DNA from: Candidatus Dojkabacteria bacterium
GTDB taxonomy: Bacteria > Patescibacteriota > Dojkabacteria > B142 > OLB20
DNA: 64,000 nt
Direction: 5' to 3'
Assembly (NCBI GenBank): GCA_030583785.1
Contig: CP129475.1
Coordinates: 699,188-763,187, forward strand
The notes below the pieces were generated by a model, which had not been told where the DNA came from, searched no databases, and worked only from the letters and a program-made list of their open reading frames with translations. Below, in pieces: positions 58,102-64,000 of the stretch (position 1 is the stretch's first letter; each line of letters opens with the position of its first letter). Made by a program: the position numbers and the translations under genes.

Positions 58102-58878
58102 GTGATGAAGGACAGACAAAAATCATTGATAATCTTAATGCTTCTAACTGGTGTAATCGGATTAGTCACAACAATTATTGGCTTAAGTCTTCAAAATAAC
58201 TCGACTGCTCCACAAATCGTCTCGGCCACCTGCCCTGAAGGTAAGATTAGATGCAGTAGAGACAATCCTGGACTATGTCTAGGTTTTAATGGCTCAAGCG
58301 GAATCGGCAGTAATATTAGCGGTCAGGAATGTTTGGGTGGTGAAAGTTGGGGGCCATGCCAGGAATTTGCGGCCTGTGCTCCCGATGTAGTTCAGAGTCA
58401 AACACAATGCTCTGGAAATTATCCGGAACTGGGTTTACCGATAATCAGAATTAGTGAAGAAAGCAGCGAGAACGGATCGTTTGTCGGATGTGCTTATGAA
58501 AAAGATACTATCCAAAATTGTTTCTGCGCACAGAATGTCCGGATTAATGCTACTTTTCAGTCCGGAGCTGTAAATTGTATTCCTGCCAGTGTTGATCTTT
58601 GTGGGCAAAGGGATTTTGTGCCAACATCAAAAGAAGCGAGCTCATCATCACCGACACCTTCTGTAACAGTAGTGTCAACCATTGCATCCACACCAACTGC
58701 AACTCCTACGAGTACTCCAACACCAACTTCTACACCCACAAGTTCACCGACAGCCATTGTCACAACACTACCGGATACTTCTTATAACATAAGTAATATC
58801 AGTTACTTTGCGTTATTATTATTGCTTCTATCGGTGTATCTCTTCCGTCAGTCTAGATTAAACAGGCTACAAAGTTGA
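58102..58878 (+). CDS. Cys-rich secreted protein with a T/P-rich linker and a C-terminal LPDTS sorting signal (candidate sortase substrate)
   Basis: N-terminal signal anchor; about 16 Cys residues; linker SSSSPTPSVTVVSTIASTPTATPTSTPTPTSTPTSSPT. C-terminus LPDTS + hydrophobic FALLLLLLSVYLF + basic RQSRLNR. Confidence 0.45.
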   Translation: MMKDRQKSLIILMLLTGVIGLVTTIIGLSLQNNSTAPQIVSATCPEGKIRCSRDNPGLCLGFNGSSGIGSNISGQECLGGESWGPCQEFAACAPDVVQSQTQCSGNYPELGLPIIRISEESSENGSFVGCAYEKDTIQNCFCAQNVRINATFQSGAVNCIPASVDLCGQRDFVPTSKEASSSSPTPSVTVVSTIASTPTATPTSTPTPTSTPTSSPTAIVTTLPDTSYNISNISYFALLLLLLSVYLFRQSRLNRLQS

Positions 58879-58926
58879 CGAATCGGTTGCTTTCGCATAG
58901 TCTTAAGTATATGTTAATGAAATCCC

Positions 58927-59208
58927 TTGGATCTTAAAGAGAAATTGCTTGAGCTACTGAAAGAATGCGGAGAAGCACATAAAAAATACGAAGCAGAAGA
59001 ACTTGGCGGAAAAACCGATCAGGATTGGCAGAGTTGGTATGCAACTTTTCTTCTAGAACGAAAGTTTGATGAACTTTTTGAAGAGGAAGTTACAGCCGAG
59101 AGTCTGAAGCAGTCTCTTGAGTCTGCTTCTAAAAAACACAAAGAAATCAAAGATAAAATTTCTTGGCAAGAATTCTTTGCCGATTATTTCTTATATGATT
59201 TTACTTAA
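58927..59208 (+). CDS. hypothetical acidic protein (93 aa)
   Basis: ORF only. It partly overlaps the N-terminal extension of the next ORF. Confidence 0.2.
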   Translation: MDLKEKLLELLKECGEAHKKYEAEELGGKTDQDWQSWYATFLLERKFDELFEEEVTAESLKQSLESASKKHKEIKDKISWQEFFADYFLYDFT

Positions 59209-59212
59209 TCAT

Positions 59213-60052
59213 ATGTCAAAAAAATATTTAGATCTTAATTCGGATGTGTTGTTTTCTTTCTTTAAGCTTTCAGACTGGAAGGAGCGAGCATTTATGGTCG
59301 GAGGGCTACATTTGCTTGGGGTGCTTATTTATATTCTGGCAATAATCCTCTTTTTTATACCTATTATTGGTTGGGCAATTGCCTTCATCATATTAATGCT
59401 TCTTCCGTTTCTTATAATGGTCGTTAATTTTTTGATCGATGGCTATAAGCTTGAGCTGATAGAGGCAAGTAGAAAGGGACATTCACATAAAAAAATTCCT
59501 TTCAATAATAACTATATGCCAAGAATTAAGCAGGGATTTTATGTGGGAATTGCAAACCTAGTATATAACTTGCCGATAATTATTGTTTATTTCTTCAGCA
59601 TAGCTTTGCTTTTCTCTCCTGTGTTCTTGTTAATGTCATCGGCTGGGACGAGCAATGAGACACAAGAGGTTCTGGGCGTTTTTGGAGTCTTTGGCTCAAT
59701 GATAGTCTTTTATATTCTGATATTCGCCATTTATATCTATCAGCTTTTATATTCTATATTCATTTATCCGGTGATGTTTCTTCTGTATTCTCGCAAGAAC
59801 TCCTTGCGTGAAGCTTTGGACATAAAAGCGGTTTTCTCATTCTTGAAGAATAATTTCCTGAATATTTGTCTTTATGCTTTGATTACAGTAGTTGTTTCGT
59901 TCGTGTTTGGTTTTCTACTAAGTATTTCTTTCTTCCTGATCTTTTTATGTATAGGATTTGTTGTTGCTCCAGTTGTCTTTGCGGTTGGGCTAACTTATCT
60001 TGTTCATCTTCAGGCGGAATTAACTGCACAACTCGATCTGCAGTCTAAATAG
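59213..60052 (+). CDS. hypothetical polytopic membrane protein
   Basis: Start taken at MSKKYLDLNS. About six TM helices. Confidence 0.35.
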   Translation: MSKKYLDLNSDVLFSFFKLSDWKERAFMVGGLHLLGVLIYILAIILFFIPIIGWAIAFIILMLLPFLIMVVNFLIDGYKLELIEASRKGHSHKKIPFNNNYMPRIKQGFYVGIANLVYNLPIIIVYFFSIALLFSPVFLLMSSAGTSNETQEVLGVFGVFGSMIVFYILIFAIYIYQLLYSIFIYPVMFLLYSRKNSLREALDIKAVFSFLKNNFLNICLYALITVVVSFVFGFLLSISFFLIFLCIGFVVAPVVFAVGLTYLVHLQAELTAQLDLQSK

Positions 60053-61808
60053 AACAAGGACTCTTGGCATCGTAAATAAAGTAGTATCCGATTTCATTAC
60101 TAAAGAGAAGATCGAAAGTGTTTCGAAAATACTCGTAGTCAATATTCCTTTCTAGGTATGTATCGGGAGCCGATGTCATAATGACATAATCAATCTTGTT
60201 TCTTTGCACGAATGAACACATTTCGTCTTGATCAAGTCCACCAGAAATGATTACTTGCATCTCGGCTAATCTGCGCAAGGTGTTGTATCCCAGTGACCAA
60301 TTTATGTACTCAGGCCCAAAGTACAATCTGCGACCTGTAGACATAACAGGATTAAAATCAGAAGTGATGTTTAAAAATACAGACTCAGGAGCAGTATTGT
60401 TTTTGATCCAGATTGCAGTATCGCTGGCAGGAATGTCTTTCCAGGTATGTTTGTTGGCATTGACTATTGGCCAGAGATCGAAGAAGCCACCAGCAGTAAG
60501 AATTAGAATTAGCAAAACCCCGAAAACCATCGTTTTTCCTTTGAGAAGTTTAACGATAAATGCTGCTGCATAAACAGACCAGATAATAATTACCAGGTTA
60601 ATAAATTTATGATTGGTAGCGGGATCTCTCGCAAAAACAAAAATGTTAGCGATAATAAATATTGCCCATGCCACAAGGAACGGTAGTCTATTGCTGGCAA
60701 AGATCGATTTTAGGAAATAGAAAACGGCTTCTTTTTTGTTTTTTATATTGCTTCTGAGACTTGGTTTAAGGATCAGAAATCCAAAGAAAGATATGATTGG
60801 CAGTAGTCCCAGGTTCATAAACCAATAAACAATCCAGCGCAAGAACTTATCTTCGATTGCAAATTCATGCCAAGTTGTTCCATAGTATATAAATCCTGGT
60901 AGAAACCTGATTCCCTCACTAGTTGATGTTGTCGAAGAGAACATAATCAGCAGAAGTGAAGGGAAAGAGAGCAGTATGCCTAAAAGTAGGGTAATTAGAG
61001 ATTTTTTCCAAGATTGTTTGTGCAGATACTGTGAAAAGATTGTTATTGAAATGGCAACAAAAAGCATTGCCAAAACAGCAATATTTACCCAAGACAGTAG
61101 CGCTATTAAAACTAGAGCTACGAGTTTTTTTGAACTTGAATGGGGAAGTGATATTAAGATCCAAGCTAAGGCAAAAATAACAAAGGCAAAAGCAAGGTGC
61201 CTTTGATGTATGTATACATTCAGTGACCAAAATGCACTGATGATATTATCATCATAAGGGCCAAAACTACCAAACACCTTGTTGCCCATGATTTCACCAA
61301 TACTCTTTAATCCTAAGAATGAATCGCTTAAATAGTAATACCAGCTGAGAGAGCTGTTAAAAAGGATTAGAATGACTGCAATTAAGCCGGCAACAATTTT
61401 TCCGGAAAGTTTGGTTGCACCAAGGTATACCAAAGCTAACAGACCTGCAAATCCTACTATGCTTAGCGCGTTAATGGCTATATCAATTCTTACGCCAAGT
61501 AGTTCCAGAAGGGCAACTACGAAATAGAATCCAAAATGATAACGAATTAATTCTCCGCTAAAGGTTGGTGATTCTAAAAGAATGTTGTTGCCTTGAGAGA
61601 AAGAGCGAATAAGGGGAATATGTCCTTGAAAGTCACTCCATATGTTTTGTGCGAGTATGATCGAACCCTTGTCGTAACCCAGAGTTGAAAGCATTAAATA
61701 GGTTGCAGGTATAACGGAAGCAAAAAAACCTATGATAAATAACTTTCTTCGTTTCCAGAAAGCTAGTATAGTTGCCTTACTTATGTTCATGTACAATTGT
61801 TTAGACAA
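60045..61808 (-). CDS. large polytopic membrane protein, possibly a GT-C-like glycosyltransferase
   Basis: 587 aa with 12 or more TM helices and a C-terminal soluble domain of about 130 aa. I see no definitive motif. Confidence 0.35.
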   Translation of the reverse strand: MSKQLYMNISKATILAFWKRRKLFIIGFFASVIPATYLMLSTLGYDKGSIILAQNIWSDFQGHIPLIRSFSQGNNILLESPTFSGELIRYHFGFYFVVALLELLGVRIDIAINALSIVGFAGLLALVYLGATKLSGKIVAGLIAVILILFNSSLSWYYYLSDSFLGLKSIGEIMGNKVFGSFGPYDDNIISAFWSLNVYIHQRHLAFAFVIFALAWILISLPHSSSKKLVALVLIALLSWVNIAVLAMLFVAISITIFSQYLHKQSWKKSLITLLLGILLSFPSLLLIMFSSTTSTSEGIRFLPGFIYYGTTWHEFAIEDKFLRWIVYWFMNLGLLPIISFFGFLILKPSLRSNIKNKKEAVFYFLKSIFASNRLPFLVAWAIFIIANIFVFARDPATNHKFINLVIIIWSVYAAAFIVKLLKGKTMVFGVLLILILTAGGFFDLWPIVNANKHTWKDIPASDTAIWIKNNTAPESVFLNITSDFNPVMSTGRRLYFGPEYINWSLGYNTLRRLAEMQVIISGGLDQDEMCSFVQRNKIDYVIMTSAPDTYLERNIDYEYFRNTFDLLFSNEIGYYFIYDAKSPCSI

Positions 61809-61817
61809 AGCTAATTA

Positions 61818-62528
61818 TTGGATATGAGAATATCACGAAACAACACACTTAAAATCCATTATATTCTTGATCAGTTGATACCGCCAATCCTCAGAGATTC
61901 GTCTCTGTTCATGTATTTTCCCCTAAAAGTCCTTTTTGGAGAGAAGACTTCGGAATTCATGGAGTTCAAACAGAACGCAAAAAAAATGAGCAGGGACGAT
62001 TACAAGCAAATATACGAAAGAGTAAGTGATGTCATGATTGAAAGAGAGACCGATTTAAACGATGAATGTCTGCATAAAATACTTGAAGATTTGAAAGGTG
62101 AAAAAATACTTGATGTCGGGTGCGGCAGAGGATATTTAGCCGGCAAAATAAGTAGTAGATATATAGTATCGGGACTTGATATGATTATTCCTGCAGAGGT
62201 AAAAGAGAAGTATCCTCAGGTGAATTTTGTGGAGGGTTTTGTTGAAAAGATGCCTTTCCCCGATAATCATTTTGACACTGTCATTTGCACGCACACACTT
62301 GAGCATGTTCAAGATATTCAAGGCGCATTAACTGAACTCAGAAGAATATGTAAAGAAAGGTTGATAATTGTTGTTCCAAAGCAAAGACCTTATAAGTATA
62401 CATTCGATCTTCATCTGCATTTTTTTCCATACGAACACTCTCTGGTAAATGTAGTTGGAAGCAAAAAAGGCGGTAATTGCCTAACCCTTGGGGGCGATCT
62501 TTATTACTCCGAAGATTCTGAGTCTTGA
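61818..62528 (+). CDS. class I SAM-dependent methyltransferase
   Basis: ILDVGCGRGYLAGKIS (motif I) and FDTVICTHTLEHVQD (Methyltransf_11-like). Confidence 0.75.
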   Translation: MDMRISRNNTLKIHYILDQLIPPILRDSSLFMYFPLKVLFGEKTSEFMEFKQNAKKMSRDDYKQIYERVSDVMIERETDLNDECLHKILEDLKGEKILDVGCGRGYLAGKISSRYIVSGLDMIIPAEVKEKYPQVNFVEGFVEKMPFPDNHFDTVICTHTLEHVQDIQGALTELRRICKERLIIVVPKQRPYKYTFDLHLHFFPYEHSLVNVVGSKKGGNCLTLGGDLYYSEDSES

Positions 62529-64000
62529 TTGTTAATATTTGATCCAAGACCTTTTTCTATCTCGTCGAATGTTACTGTCCCTCCTTCTCTAATTCTGTTA
62601 ACAAAACTCTTAAATAGCTGCGCTTTTTGTTGTTGTCCAGGTGTGATCTCGAATAGGCGTTGCATCTTTGCATGTGAGTATATGAAGTTGGGATTGATTT
62701 GTAATGACCGGTAGAATTCGTAAAAAGCTTTTTCGTATTCTTTGTTTAGGGCGTAGGCGTTGCCAAGATTGTGCCTTGTTTCGGCATAATCGTCTCTTAG
62801 TTCGATTGCTTTTTTAAAGTTGGCAATAGCAGAATTATAATCACCTTTTTCTGACTGAATCATTGCCAGGTTGTTGAATATTCTTGCTGAGTTCTGGTTG
62901 TATTGAATCTCGTTATTAAAGAAGGTTAATGCTGAACCCCATTCTCCGGCTCGCACATATGTTCTGGCGGCAATAAGAATTAAAATTATCAGACAGACAA
63001 CTTGAATACTTTTGTTGCGAATAGGCTTATCAAGTAAAATCGCCACAAGAATCGAAATACCGACAAAAGGAAGATAGAGCCAATGTTCCAAATAATAAGC
63101 GTTCAAGGGGATTATCCCCGAGAATGGAATCATAGATATTATTATCCAAGAGCAGGCGACAAAAATTGGATAGTTTTTTTTGGTAAATCCAAGAATTGTT
63201 CCAGTAAGCAGAGATACAATAGTCGCCAGTCCGAACAATCCTCTAAGTGAAAATATTGTAGAAAAGATTGTAAGGGGCTTTTCGTAATACAAATTTTTAG
63301 GGAAGACAAGTAGTATAAAGTAATCCCAGATTACAGAAATAAATGTACTTACTCTAAGCCAGATATTCTGTGTGTAAGCCGTTTCGACTGTCGCTAAGCC
63401 AAAACCTTTGGTAAAGTTAAGAATAGTGGCCCTAGCTAACAAGTAAGCCCCACCTAGTATCACAGAGAATAATATTGTCAGCCATCTAATTCGAAACTCG
63501 GGATGAGTTTTATCTTTCCAGTCTTTAAATGTGTAAATGGCAAGTAATAGTCCACCGACAACAAAACTTTCTTTTGTTAGGAAGGCAAGGAGGATAAGGA
63601 ATAAGCCCAGAGCATATTGAAGATTTTTTTTGATCGGACTGAGACTTTTCTCGCCAGAAAAGATTAGTAAGGATGATAAGAGAAAGAAGAGTCCTAAAGG
63701 ATCAGCTAGTCCGCTAATATATGCAACAGCTTGAGTTTGAACTGGGTGCAAAAGAAAGAGAAGCGCTGCAACCAACGCTGCTAGAGAACTAACATTTAGT
63801 CTTTTGATTAACAAGAATACGAAAAAGGCGTTGAAGCTATGTAAAACTACTGGCAATAGATGGAAGATAAATGAGTCCGTCCTAAATAACGAGTACAGAA
63901 CCGAATAGGCAATCATCTGTATTGGGCGATAAAAGTTACCGCTGTCGATAAATGCTCCAGAAGTAATACTGTCAGAAAAGAATTTGGGAATATTTCCAAG
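62504..64000 (-). CDS. polytopic membrane protein with C-terminal TPR repeats (O-antigen-ligase/GT-C-like); the N-terminus may extend beyond the window
   Basis: About 10 TM helices, then TPR repeats (…ARIFNNLAMIQSEKGDYNSAIANFKKAIELRDDYAETRHNLGNAYALNKEYEKAFYEFYRSLQINP…). The reading frame stays open upstream of the ATG at 63916 through position 64000. Confidence 0.5.
   Translation of the reverse strand, partial: LGNIPKFFSDSITSGAFIDSGNFYRPIQMIAYSVLYSLFRTDSFIFHLLPVVLHSFNAFFVFLLIKRLNVSSLAALVAALLFLLHPVQTQAVAYISGLADPLGLFFLLSSLLIFSGEKSLSPIKKNLQYALGLFLILLAFLTKESFVVGGLLLAIYTFKDWKDKTHPEFRIRWLTILFSVILGGAYLLARATILNFTKGFGLATVETAYTQNIWLRVSTFISVIWDYFILLVFPKNLYYEKPLTIFSTIFSLRGLFGLATIVSLLTGTILGFTKKNYPIFVACSWIIISMIPFSGIIPLNAYYLEHWLYLPFVGISILVAILLDKPIRNKSIQVVCLIILILIAARTYVRAGEWGSALTFFNNEIQYNQNSARIFNNLAMIQSEKGDYNSAIANFKKAIELRDDYAETRHNLGNAYALNKEYEKAFYEFYRSLQINPNFIYSHAKMQRLFEITPGQQQKAQLFKSFVNRIREGGTVTFDEIEKGLGSNINNQDSESSE

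Noticed and set aside
58680-58770. Short tandem nucleotide repeats (ACACCAAC / ACTCCTAC variants) that could be mistaken for a CRISPR-like or microsatellite array
   Set aside because: They lie inside the ORF and encode the T/P/S-rich linker (TPTATPTSTPTPTSTPTSSPT) of the 58102-58878 protein. This is low-complexity coding sequence, not a spacer-repeat array.
58927-59208. 93-aa acidic ORF as a confident gene
   Set aside because: It overlaps the spurious N-terminal extension of the next ORF and has no motif. I kept it only as a low-confidence feature.

Overview
This 64-kb window looks like part of a compact, low-GC (~40%) bacterial chromosome using the standard genetic code (rpoB and rpoC are full-length ORFs with ordinary stops). 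The gene content suggests a Patescibacteria/CPR-like or similarly reduced-genome bacterium. I infer this from anchored surface proteins, a minimal ftsQ-ftsA-ftsZ block, a str operon that ends after rpsG, and insertions in RpsL and RpoC; it is not proven.

The core housekeeping genes I recognise, by strand:
- Minus strand, 1-5.9 kb: a partial ArsR-like regulator, LexA, a RodZ-like protein, MscL, tRNA-Ser(CGA) and tRNA-Arg.
- Plus strand, 6-17.4 kb: a GT2 polyprenyl-phosphate glycosyltransferase, RarA, and rpoB-rpoC-rpsL-rpsG followed by a strong terminator.
- Minus strand: rpmH-rnpA, a GIY-YIG-like small ORF, 5-FTHF cyclo-ligase, rpoD, ftsQ-ftsA-ftsZ, rpsO with its own terminator, and thioredoxin.
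- Plus strand: an AI-2E transporter, a sortase, an alpha/beta hydrolase, a membrane-anchored MurF-like ligase next to a FemAB-family gene, and gltX.

The most interesting region is a tightly packed plus-strand string from 35.2 to 49.9 kb. It runs gltX -> a surface transglutaminase-like protein -> a PPDK/PEP-synthase-like protein with a degenerate catalytic centre -> two tandem paralogous secreted subtilisin (S8) proteases, each with six C-terminal H-type-lectin-like repeats -> a PGRP/amidase_2 peptidoglycan amidase. Around it lie several GT-C-fold membrane glycosyltransferases, an Ig-like/C39-like protein, a DUF1624-type acyltransferase fusion and a Cys-rich protein with an LPDTS sorting signal. 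Together these look like a cell-surface, host-interaction or cell-wall-remodelling island.

I found no CRISPR array, transposase, integrase or rRNA. All calls rest on my reading of motifs in the supplied translations; I ran no database searches.
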